A stretch of DNA of 63,754 nucleotides, the filler included, from Octopus bimaculoides (lineage: Eukaryota): the NCBI RefSeq assembly GCF_001194135.2. It is 6 parts of 6 records of this genome, joined end to end, with 100 filler letters (N's around TTAATTAATTAA, not from the genome) between each part and the next. Parts side by side here need not be neighbours in the genome. Positions count along the whole stretch, not along the records: positions 1 to 31,427 come from NC_068984.1; 5 more parts are not named here. One strand, 5' to 3'. Positions 13,373-23,373 of the stretch are shown in pieces. The number at the start of each line of letters is the position of its first letter. Position 1 is the stretch's first letter. The notes under the pieces are model-generated. The model saw only the letters and a list, made by a program, of their open reading frames with translations. It made no database searches and was not told the DNA's origin. The position numbers were made by a program, and so were the translations under genes.

Positions 13373-13700
13373 GTCGGATCTTGTGAATCCAAATTTAAAA
13401 TTTGCTTGAACAACTACAGATTTTCTTTCAAGGTGCCGGAGAGACTCAATGCAATGACACTCACAGCATACATATGGCACCTAAAGGATGATCATACTCC
13501 CTTTAAAATCAGGTGGAAATTACTAGAAACATGTGGACCCTATCGCAATGGAGCAAGGCTATGTAAATTGTGTATGGCAGAAAGATATATAATCCTTATG
13601 AACTAACATGAGCCAGAAGGCTACCTGAACTCCAGGATGGAAGTTGTGGGGAGTTGTTCACATTTTCGGAAATTTTCACTTCAAAACTGGAAAACCTAGC
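13369..13700 (+). mobile_element. Penelope-like GIY-YIG C-terminal fragment, starting at a (TA)n tract
   Basis: YVGSCESKFKICLNNYRFSFK..TLTAYIWHLKD..IRWKLL..CKLCMAE..LNSRME..CSHFRKF. Confidence 0.8.
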
Positions 13701-13814
13701 TATCAAGTGAAGGAAGACAACTCCCCTAGCCATAATTTTTAAAAGAATATTTCTTCAACTATCACTGGTGTTCTTGTGTTTTTAAAAAACATTCTTTGCA
13801 GAGAACAATTATCG

Positions 13815-13877
13815 TTTAGAGAAACTGAAGATATGTCTAGTTCACACTAGATATGAAACCAATGGTATTTCTCTAAA
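13815..13877 (+). ncRNA. Minimal type I hammerhead ribozyme, core intact
   Basis: Stem I tttagagaaa/tttctctaaa (10 bp perfect); CTGAAGA+T; stem II atgtctag/ctagatat (8 bp, one GU); GAAA; stem III cc-aat-gg; GUA cleavage triplet (13865-13867). Lies ~115 nt downstream of a PLE ORF end. Confidence 0.75.
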
Positions 13878-13929
13878 ACTGTTGCTTTACACATACAAAT
13901 GTGTGTGTGTGTGTGTGAATATATGAGAG

Positions 13930-15110
13930 GCTGTTCTACATCAATCACCTACTACCCCCATATCATGTTCAAGAACATAGTGAAGGGTGTCAGCAAGAAG
14001 ATCTTAAATCTATCCTCAAGTCAAAAAATTTTTGATGACGATGCCCCCTACTACAACAAGGTATATCTCCTACATGCTAGGTTCTAACACCCATAAAAGG
14101 AAGCACCACTGGAACATTGTTTGGTTTTCCCCACCCTTCTCACCCAACAATCAAAATTTGTATGGGAAGAATATTCTTCAGGTTCGTAGACAAATACTTC
14201 ACTCAGACACATAGATACGGACGCTTGTTCAATAGGCACAACCTAAGGGTTTCTTTTAGTTGTACACTCAACATGGAAAGCATATTAGCTAGTAACCATA
14301 AAATGCAGTAGGAGGCCGATTGCTCTTTCAGGATGTACAATGATTGTCCAGTGGGAGGCCAATTCAAGGCCAAGGGAGTCATCTATGAGGCTATGGTGAT
14401 ACCCAGACCTGGTGACCATAGTAATAGCAGCAATAGATCATCCAACATAAACTGTACCAACAGCAGCAACAGCAGCAGAAACACCAGCACTGGCACCAAC
14501 GACCACAGCACCAGCACTATAGCTGGAGAGGATGACTATGTTGACATCAGCAGCACCAGTGAGGCTACCATCTCCATGACCAATATTTCCAATGATGACA
14601 CCAACAACAGTGCCAACACCATGGCCAGGGATGACTACCACAATGACAACAGCTGCAGTGATTTTGCTGGAACCACACCTCATAATGATAACAGCACCAA
14701 TTTCAGCCCCAGCAATACTGGTGGGAACAACAATATCTTCAGGCCTGGAGCCAACCGAAGATGTGCCAGTAATGTGAGCACAACCAATACCCAAGCCTGA
14801 AAATATATCGGGTCAGCCGAGATGGTCTTCAAACGATGCCTGCACAACCGCAGTCCTCTTTCAGGATTCTGAAAAGATGATTAATCACATCCCTGGCCAG
14901 CCATGTGTGGCACCTCAAAGATGAATGAATCCTATATGATATTAAGTGGAGGATCTTAGAGCAGCTGGGACCCTATATTAACGGGAGCAAGCGCTGCAAG
15001 TTTTGTATAGCTGAGTGATCAAGGATACTCAAAGACATGCTGAAACCTGGATCACTGAACACTTGCCAGGAAATTTACAGCTCAAAATATGAAGTAAAAA
15101 AACAGCCGAC
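13930..15110 (+). mobile_element. Penelope-like element (RT thumb + GIY-YIG with large N/S/T/D-rich insert), decayed
   Basis: IVWFSPPFS, FVDKYF..RLFNRHNLRVSFSCTLN, CPVGGQ..GVIYEAMV, then ~127 low-complexity codons, then KYIGSAE.VFK and a frameshifted LASHVWHLKDE..C.FCIAE. CTGATGA at 15113 may be a half HHR. Confidence 0.8.
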
Positions 15111-15324
15111 AACTGATGAAGGGTCGTTTTTTAATTCTGCTTGTCTTGTTTTCCATTTGTTTCCTTAATTGTTCACAAAAAAAAAGTTCGTATTCCATGC
15201 TTTCGTATTTTGTATTTCATGTTTCCGTATTTCAGGTTATGTTCTAACGTCCTGTGCCCATATATGCATATCTATAAACATATATATGTATGTATGTACA
15301 TATATGTGTGTATATATGCATATA

Positions 15325-15740
15325 CTCTTTTACTCTTTTACTTGTTTCAGTCATTTGACTGTGGCCATGCTGGAGCACCGCCTTTAGTTGAGCAAATCGC
15401 CCCCAGGACTTATTCTTTGTAAGCCTAGTGCTTATTCTATCGATCACTTTTGCTGAACTGCTAAGTTATGGGGATGCAAATACACCAGCATCGGTTGTCA
15501 AGCGATGTTGGGGGGACAAACACAGACATACAAACATATACACACATATACATGCATATATATATATATATATATACATACATATATATGACGGGCTTCT
15601 TTCAGTTTCCGTTTACCAAATCCACTCACAAGGCTTTGGTCAGCCCAAGGCTATATTAGAAGACACTTGCCCAAGGTGCCACGCAGTGAGACTGAATCTG
15701 GAACCATGTGGTTCGTAAGCAAGCTACTTACCACACAGCC
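15325..15740 (-). mobile_element. SINE family B (tRNA-like head, internal microsatellite)
   Basis: Head ggctgtgtggtaagtagcttgc..ggttcc.gattcagt at the right end. Homologous to 28565-28945, 34564-34820, 40430-40830, 44600-44950 and 53450-53990. Confidence 0.75.
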
Positions 15741-15916
15741 NNNNNNNNNNNNNNNNNNNNNNNNNNNNNNNNNNNNNNNNNNNNNNNNNNNNNNNNNNNN
15801 NNNNNNNNNNNNNNNNNNNNNNNNNNNNNNNNNNNNNNNNNNNNNNNNNNNNNNNNNNNNNNNNNNNNNNNNNNNNNNNNNNNNNNNNNNNNNNNNNNNN
15901 NNNNNNNNNNNNNNNN

Positions 15917-15954
<38 letters not shown>

Positions 15955-16309
15955 TCTCTCTCTTTCCTTATTACTAATTTCTTTGCTGTAAGTTGGCCTG
16001 ATATTGACACATAAATTAAGTGAAATATCTAAACTGAATCACAGATTGCTAGCAACATCATAGAAATTCAGTCATCCATCAACCTTTGCAATATAATGTA
16101 TATATAAATGTGTGTTTAGAGGGATATATTATTCAGACAGATATCATGATAGCTCTCAATCATGTTCCAGGTTATGGTTAACCGCATCAATTAGTATTTA
16201 ACATATTTAATGTCTTTGACTACTAGGAGTTATCACTCAAGTTATAAATTCCTTCAATAGATAATTCCATGTTTGCTTCACTGGATGGCAATATTATCTT
16301 GAGTGTATA

Positions 16310-16324
16310 TTCATTATCATCATT

Positions 16325-16362
<38 letters not shown>

Positions 16363-16860
16363 TATTATCATCGTTTAATGTCTGTTTTCCCTGCTGGCAT
16401 GGGTTGGACAGTTTGCCTGAGGTCTGGAAAGCCAATGGATGCACCAGGCTCCATTCTGATCTGACAATGTTTCTACAGCTGGATGCCCTTCCTAACGCCA
16501 ACCACTCCGAGAGTGTAGTGGGTGCTTTTTATGTGCCACTGACATGGGAGTCAGTCAGGCAGCTTTGGCATCGATCAGGCAGCCTTTGCATCACATTCAA
16601 ATAGTCCTTTTTACATGCCACCAGCACAGGAGCCATTGGGGGCACTGACATCGACCATGTTCGGGTGGTGCTTTTTACGTGCCACCGGCACAGGAGCCAA
16701 TCAGGCAGACCTGGCATCGACCATTTTTGGATGGTGCTTTTTACGTGCCACCAGCACAGGAGCCTGTGAGGGGGCACTGGCATCAACCACGTTTGGATGG
16801 TGCATTTTACATGCCACTGGCACGAGAGCCAGTCAAGGAGCACTGGCTTTACCGTATTTA
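16310..16860 (-). mobile_element. (GAT)n-tailed short retroelement with internal ~66-bp minisatellite (~5 units)
   Basis: (ATC)n tract at 16310-16372, then ggatgcccttcctaacgccaacc, then units ggtgctttttacgtgccaccagcacaggagcc near 16521, 16604, 16667, 16733 and 16799. Shorter relatives at ~27470-27600 and ~32325-32490. Confidence 0.6.
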
Positions 16861-16861
16861 G

Positions 16862-17267
16862 CAATAGTTATAATGATAGAGAATATGGAGACTGATACAT
16901 CCTCAAAATTTATTTCCTTTTATCTTATGATGTCATACAGCATATTTTTATTGTTATAACGACCTATATGCTTTTCCACTGCACAGAGTATGGGCAGCTG
17001 CATATGCAATCAGGCATAATTTTCTGTGTTAGCTGTTTATAAACAATAAACAACTAACTGAATTCAGTTCACTTCAAGCCAAGCTGGTTGAAAGACCCTG
17101 AAGAAAGCTGCACAGAAAATTATGCCCAACTGCATATACAGCTGGCCATACTTTGTGCAGTGGAAACATGTGTAAGTCATCATAACCATAAAATTTACTG
17201 TATGACATTGTAAAATAAAAGGAAATAAATTTTGAGGATGTACCAATCTCTATCATTATAACTATTA

Positions 17268-17272
<5 letters not shown>
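16862..17272. repeat. ~410-bp imperfect palindrome (arms ~165 bp) carrying an HHR motif
   Basis: Left arm aatagttataatgatagag... is the reverse complement of right arm ...ctctatcattataactatt. Abuts (TA)n at 17271. Confidence 0.85.
17094..17178 (+). ncRNA. Degenerate type I hammerhead motif with long stem II
   Basis: gacc-CTGAAGA-[ctgcaca...tgtgcag]-GAAA-catgtg-TA-agtc. The inverted arm supplies the perfect stem I partner ggtc (16961-16964, minus). Confidence 0.55.
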
Positions 17273-17317
<45 letters not shown>

Positions 17318-17617
17318 TAGATGAGGCAGCTGGTCAGCAGAGTTTCATCAAAAGGGAAAACAATAAATGTCATTAAATATGGCTGAGGGTATTAGAACAC
17401 CTACACTGCTAGAAATAAGAGCTGAAGGGCTCTATTGCTGCTTTCAACTCACATGATATTGTATACATACATGCTGGCAGTGGTCATAAATTCTGCTAAC
17501 TAGCTGTCTCATCTAATTATATACATGTTAGCAATTTGCTAAATCATCCATAAATTTTCATGGAATAAACATATATGATTGTAGCTGGGTTGTCCAGAAA
17601 CTGGAGATCTGTGCCAA

Positions 17618-17665
17618 CCCTTTTGACGATGCTTTGACTTAAAGCTGAAACTGTACAGTAAAGGG
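17618..17665 (+). ncRNA. Minimal type I HHR, unit 1 (C3->U mutation)
   Basis: ccctt-TTGACGA-T-gcttt(gactt)aaagc-T-GAAA-ctgtacag-TA-aaggg, with a perfectly palindromic stem III. Confidence 0.65.
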
Positions 17666-17970
17666 ATATCATGATCACCACTTTTCAGTCATCTATGGCC
17701 ACTGCCATCATGTATGTATACAATTTTATGTGCATTGACAGCAGCAACAGAGCCCTTCAGCTCTTATTTCTAGCAGTGTAGGTGTTCTAACACCCTCAGT
17801 CATATTTAGTGATATTTATTGTTTTCCTGTTTGGTGAAACTCTGCTAACTAGCTGCCTCATTTAATTATTTGTATACACTTTAGTGATTTGCTAAGTCAT
17901 CCATAAATTTTTATGGAGTAAACTTATATTCTTGCAGCTGGGTTGTCCAGAAACTGGTGATTTGTACTGA

Positions 17971-18018
17971 CCCTTCTGACAATGCTTTGGCCTAAAGCTG
18001 AAACCGTATAATAAAGGG
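17971..18018 (+). ncRNA. Minimal type I HHR, unit 2 (G8->A, stem III decayed)
   Basis: ccctt-CTGACAA-T-gcttt(ggcct)aaagc-T-GAAA-ccgtataa-TA-aaggg, 353 nt from the unit 1 motif. Confidence 0.55.
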
Positions 18019-18178
18019 ATAATACAATCACCACTTTCCAGCCATCTAAAGCTGCTGGTAGCATATATGCATACAATTTTATGTGCGTTAACAGCAGCAA
18101 CAGAGCCTTTCACTTTCTTATTTCTAACAGTGTAGGTGTTCTAACACTCTCAGTCATGTGTGTGTGTGTGTGTGCATA

Positions 18179-19417
18179 CAGGGGTTGGACAAAATAATGG
18201 AAACACCTAGCATCATAGCATAATAATTTTGAAATATCTATAAGACCATCAAAAGCTTGTCTATTTTTATGTTTTTTGATTTATTATTAGTGTTGCTTAA
18301 TATGTTTTGCTAAAATTGCTGTTTCTTTTCAGATATCATCAGAAAAAGGTAATTAAAATTCATTAAAATGACAGATCTATTGGACTTTCAAAGAGGTCAA
18401 ATTGTTGGTGCTCGTATGGCAGGTGCTAGCGTAATGAAGACAGCCAAAATGTTTGGTGTGTCAAGAAGTACAGTCTTGAAAGTAATGACAGCCTTTGAGA
18501 ACAAGGGAGAAACCTCCTCATTGAAACAAAACTCCGGAAGAAAACCAAAACATTTAGATAGGGACCATCAAACTCTTACACGAATTGTTAGAAGGGATCA
18601 CAAAAGCACAGCTCCCAAAATTACTGCAGAGCTTAATGACCACCTCAAGAACCCAGTTTCCACAGAACTGTTTGCTGGGAGCTGCACATAGTGGGATTTC
18701 AGGGGAGGGCTGCAATCAGAAAACCACTACTTTCAAAAACAAACGTCGCAAAGCATTTAGAGTGGAGTAAAAAACTACAGAATTGGTCCCTAGAGCTGTG
18801 GGAGAATGTTATTTTTTTCGACGAGTCATCCTTTACCTTATTTTTGATCACTGGCTGAGTATACGTGTGGAGACAGTCAAAAGAAGCATTTGACCCAGAC
18901 TGCCTTCTTCCAACTGTTAAATATGGAGGAGGATCTGTAATGATCTGGAGAAGCTATATCTTGGAAATTCAATGGTTTTCCTTCGTGGCAGAATTAATAG
19001 TCAAAACTATTTAAGCATTTTATCTGATCAAATTCATCCTATGTTTGTGGAACTGTTTCTGGAGGGAAACACAATCTTTCAGGATGATAATGCACCAATT
19101 CACACAGCTAAAGTTGTGTGAATAGCACAAGGAACACTCTAGTGAAGTTGAACATCTTATATGGCCACCACAGTCCCCAGATCTCAATATCATTGAACAT
19201 TTATGGTGCATTTTAGAAAAACAAGTAAGGAGTCTATATCCTCCATCATCATCACTACAAGATCTGGAGACTGTTTTAGCTGAAGAATGGACAAAAATTC
19301 CTTTGGAAACAATTCAAACTTTTTAAGCTGTAATTACTGCCAAAGGTGGTCCTACCCCATATTAAAATAAATTTGTTTGAAATTTTAAGGTGTTTCCATT
19401 ATTTTGTCCAACCCCTC
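18179..19417 (+). mobile_element. Tc1-family DNA transposon, near full length, transposase frameshifted
   Basis: TIRs caggggttggacaaaataatggaaacacct / aggtgtttccattattttgtccaacccct; TA at the left end; MTDLLDFQRGQIVGAR HTH; fragments FSDESSF, FQDDNAPIHTA, WPPQSPDLNIIEHLW. Confidence 0.92.
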
Positions 19418-19444
19418 TCACTCTCTCTCTCTCTCTATATATAC

Positions 19445-19480
<36 letters not shown>

Positions 19481-21052
19481 TGGCCCTTTGATATTCATAT
19501 GAAATTGATACTATAAGATAGATTTATTATTTCATTTTAGGATGGTGGTATTGGCAGCTTAGGAACAATAATTGATCACAGAACCTTGAATGGATGGGTC
19601 TCAGTGAAATGGGACTCTGGACACACAAATCTTTATCGAGTCGGTTTCCAGAATAGTTGTGATTTGGTTATTGTTGATCACAATTGTATGTTCATTGGTT
19701 TGAAATTTTTATCATAATCTTGGTCATTTTCATTGTCATATTGATTATCTTCAACAACATCCTCACCTTTATTATCATCATCTTCATCATCAATGTTGAT
19801 ATTTTATCATCGTCATTGACAAAAATCAAAAGATTAAAATCTCATGTGAAAGGAACAATAATATCTTGTTAACAAGTTATTACTTCTGTGTTGGTTCATA
19901 ACATCTGTTATTTTAATTACTGCATTCATCATCATAACTATCTTCACTACCACTTTCACATTCCACCTATAAACTCTGTTATCATCCCATTACCTTTAAG
20001 CTCACAGGATAATCTAGTGTGTATCATTAAATAAGATAGCAAGTGCAGTAGAAAAAACATGTTTATACAACTGGAGCTGAATTTTGAGACTTAAGTAGTG
20101 ACTAAAATGTTAAATATGAAGATTTCATTTTCAAATACTTAACATCATATATAAATACATTTTATATTTATATGTAGCCAGAATATAAACATCAGGAAAA
20201 AAATATTCTTATTCAAGTGGTGTAAGCCATTTACAATATTTTTAATATGGATGATAATCCATACACCATATTTTCTCAAAACACTATCATTCATGAAATG
20301 TTCTTAGATACATAACAACGTTGTGAAATTATTTTATAGTTAGCAATCTAGTTTCTACTTTGTAAAATATAAAGCAAAGATTATACTTCAACTTATGAAA
20401 CTCAGCATAATTTTTCTTGATTAAAGTGTAATTTAATAATTGGCAGTAATATCAAGTAATCCTACAGTAGTATGAAATGTATCTTTGGATTTTGGTGATT
20501 TTGATAGTGATATAAAATCCCATCATTCCATTTGTAATTGCTCTTTGATCATAGTAATGTAAAAATCAATGTATGTATGTTATAGAATATCAGCTCTTAG
20601 CTCATTTACAACAAATGTACCATAACCTACTACTTTACATCTAGAATTGAATCATGATTTTTGTATTCATTCATTGTTGAAATTCTCTTCTCTTCAACAG
20701 ATACTCAATGTATTGTCCAACCACAAAATAATACATTCAACACAGCATTTATTTTCCCAAGTGACAAAACGTTCCTAAATTCAAAAATGTGAGTAGTAAT
20801 CACTACTTAAGTTTATTAAATCTCTAAAAATGAAGTTATATAATCTCATTTTCTAATGATCTTTGGTTCTGTTCTTGTGTAATGAATTGATATACAGTAG
20901 CAGTACCATTAAACATTCTATTGTTATTTCGAAATGTAAAATTTTTGAAAGGTAAAATTGTAGCATTTGGTTCTTGAGGTGGCCTTGAGGTGTGCTGAAA
21001 ATACAATCATAACAGAGAGCATCTTTAAAAACTATTTTCTTTGTTATAATTG

Positions 21053-21098
<46 letters not shown>

Positions 21099-21489
21099 CG
21101 TGTGTGTATATGAAGGTATGTAGCTTAATGATTAGGGTGTTTCACTCATGATCATAAGACTGTGGTTTTGATTACTGGACCAGGCACTGCATTGTGTTCT
21201 AACACAAAATACTCTTTTCCACATTGCTCCAGTCCACTCAGCTGGCAAAAATGTATAATCCTGTGATAGGCTGACATCCCATCAAGAGAAGGAATATATA
21301 TGCCACAGAATCCAGAAAAATGGCCTTATGGCTTGGAAAGAACCTTCGATCCTTTGCTTTTTGATGTGTGTGTAAAGTATGAAATGTATTTGTAGGACAT
21401 ATTTGGTAATTTAATAAAATTACTCTAATCTAGCAAAACTAAATGCACTACTTCAGTGTGGGCCTGGAACCAGTGATATGTCTGCTCGA

Positions 21490-22330
21490 AATTTTATTTA
21501 TTTATTTCAGACATCACCTGGAAAATGACAGCCTTCAGTTAACTCTGATAATACAAGGATGTCAATTATTCTCCTTTTCAACAATGCTCCGAGTATAATA
21601 GCCTATGAGATTTAAATCTGGCAAGTTTGGAGGCCACAAATTTGGTGCTACATGAACAAAAATATTTTCTGTCATCCATTCTTGGGTTACGTGGGCTTTC
21701 TGAGAAGGTACAGCATCTTGTCAAAACATGTATGGCCTTCATCCATCCAGAGCTTAATAACTGTCTCCTGCACCTCAAAGTATCCAGCATTAATTCTAAA
21801 ACTTTGTGGAAAGATGTGAGGTGGTATGACATGACCTTCATTACACACTACTTCTAAAACTATCACAATTGCTAAAAACTTAGTGTACATCACTAAGGGA
21901 ACATCAGAAAGATCTGCCCATAACCATCTGTCATTTCTCCTATTAGACTTTTGGTCTTTTCTCATTAAAAGAGAACCAAAGCATGCCATGTTCATGAGGG
22001 TTTTTAACCTTGTTAGCTAAAAGCTTGGTACAGATCAAATGGTTTTTACTGTCTTTGCAGACATAAATTAGCCTCTCCTCAGTACATATGACTTGTATGA
22101 ATTGTTCTCATGCATCACAGTTCTGAAAGTCCATTCCAACACCAGAAGTTCTTTGTTAATGGCCTTTATTGATTTCCCAGTATCATCATCAATAACATTT
22201 TTAATTTGTTGGATAAATTGCAGTGTCCTTATAGTGACCAAACATTTAAAATGTTTTTCTCTCTTTGATATAATTGAAATATTTCTTCCAGTGTTTCAAT
22301 TTCACATGAATTTTCAGTAGAAAAGATTTT
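21490..22330 (-). mobile_element. maT/DD37D-like Tc1-mariner transposase remnant
   Basis: KFLA.V.VLEVVCNEGHVIPPHIFPQSFRINA.Y..V.ETVIKLW; the 3' part resembles PPNSPDLNP.DYY. Confidence 0.65.
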
Positions 22331-23373
22331 GCGAAAATTACAAAATTGACGCTTTCTGAATTACTATGTTCTGCACATATGGCAGCATTTCATCTGACAT
22401 GAAGTATCTGAAAGAAATAAACACTTTTTAATTGGTTCAAAGAGAGTAATATGCTACCAACACAAGTGAGACACAATATTGATTTAAAAGCATTTAATAC
22501 ACTTCGTAGTATATTATGGTTGCATTATGAAATATGATGTCCCTACCAGCAATTACTATGAATGTACCAGTTACCAGAAATGTGTTTAATATGCAAAATT
22601 GGTATATATAATTATGTTACATCACTACATTTAGTGGCTATTTAAGTAATGTATTCATGGATGGTTAATGGGTTGGATGTGGTGCTGAAGAAGGAGCAAT
22701 AACTCCTGGAATAAGCATATATACCTATTACCTATTTTTCCATCTTTGATCACATTGTTTACATAAATGTATTTGTATACAAAACATCATAGTTTTCAAT
22801 GCTGGCTCTATTTCTACTTTAAAAGGTGATAATTAAGTGTCTTCAAATATGCAATTGAGGCAATATTAAATTAAGATAGCCATATATATTTCATATTTGA
22901 TGTATATATAATGTTGATAGGCCAGTTACTGCTGTATTTGTCTGGAGATAACATTTCATATGGATGTGCTATGTTAAAAATACACTAGATATCAAAGAGA
23001 GACAAAAAATCATCCCACCAAGAGCCAGTGAGAAAACTCAGTGCATTTCAACCTTTCTTGGGCCTTTTCAATGATGCATACCTGCAGCAGCCACATGTTT
23101 GGATGAGAATTAGTCACCTCAAATATAGAAAACCATGAATAAAACAATCACTGATGATGCAAATAGCCACCCAGCTGAATAAAAATCCAGCATATACAAC
23201 TAAGGCAGTATTGAATTAAGGTAGTCATCTATGTATCATATTGAACACTTACTGCATAGGAACTGAATTCCATGTGTGTGAACTTGAGACATGGAAACTG
23301 AGTTAACTTGTTTTTGTCATATTGCTTTGTCAAGCATTCCCCATATCACAACCACCCCTCCTTGACATGTTAC

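Larger units (their letters stand above)
17315..18157 (+). mobile_element. Non-coding HHR-bearing ~350-bp tandem repeat with inverted partial copy (retrozyme-like / pLTR-only PLE derivative)
   Basis: Units start at ~17491 and ~17840. 17315-17488 is the reverse complement of ~17697-17870. Flanked by (TA)n on the left and (TG)n on the right. No ORF. Confidence 0.8.

Noticed and set aside
14798-14800. In-frame UGA just before KYIG as selenocysteine (as in Naiad PLEs)
   Set aside because: Not at a Cys-equivalent position; the element has other stops and frameshifts and a C-terminal nuclease; CGA->TGA decay is simpler.
16515-16860. CRISPR-like repeat-spacer array (also considered for the 21-bp array at 23805-23965)
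   Set aside because: The spacers are homologous to each other, the context is eukaryotic retroelement DNA, and there are no cas genes.
19600-19870. Acidic (D/E/N-rich) minus-strand reading as a gene exon
   Set aside because: Low-complexity GAT-rich sequence broken by frameshifts and stops; no recognisable domain or splice sites.
20300-20800. Faint Ulp1-protease-like words (IDFYITMIKE) on the minus strand
   Set aside because: Multiple stops and no catalytic His/Asp/Cys motifs identifiable; chance similarity in AT-rich DNA is likely.
22685-22720. HHR-like CTGAAGA-aggag(caataa)ctcct-GGAA
   Set aside because: The second core box is GGAA rather than GAAA and there is no convincing stem I or III.
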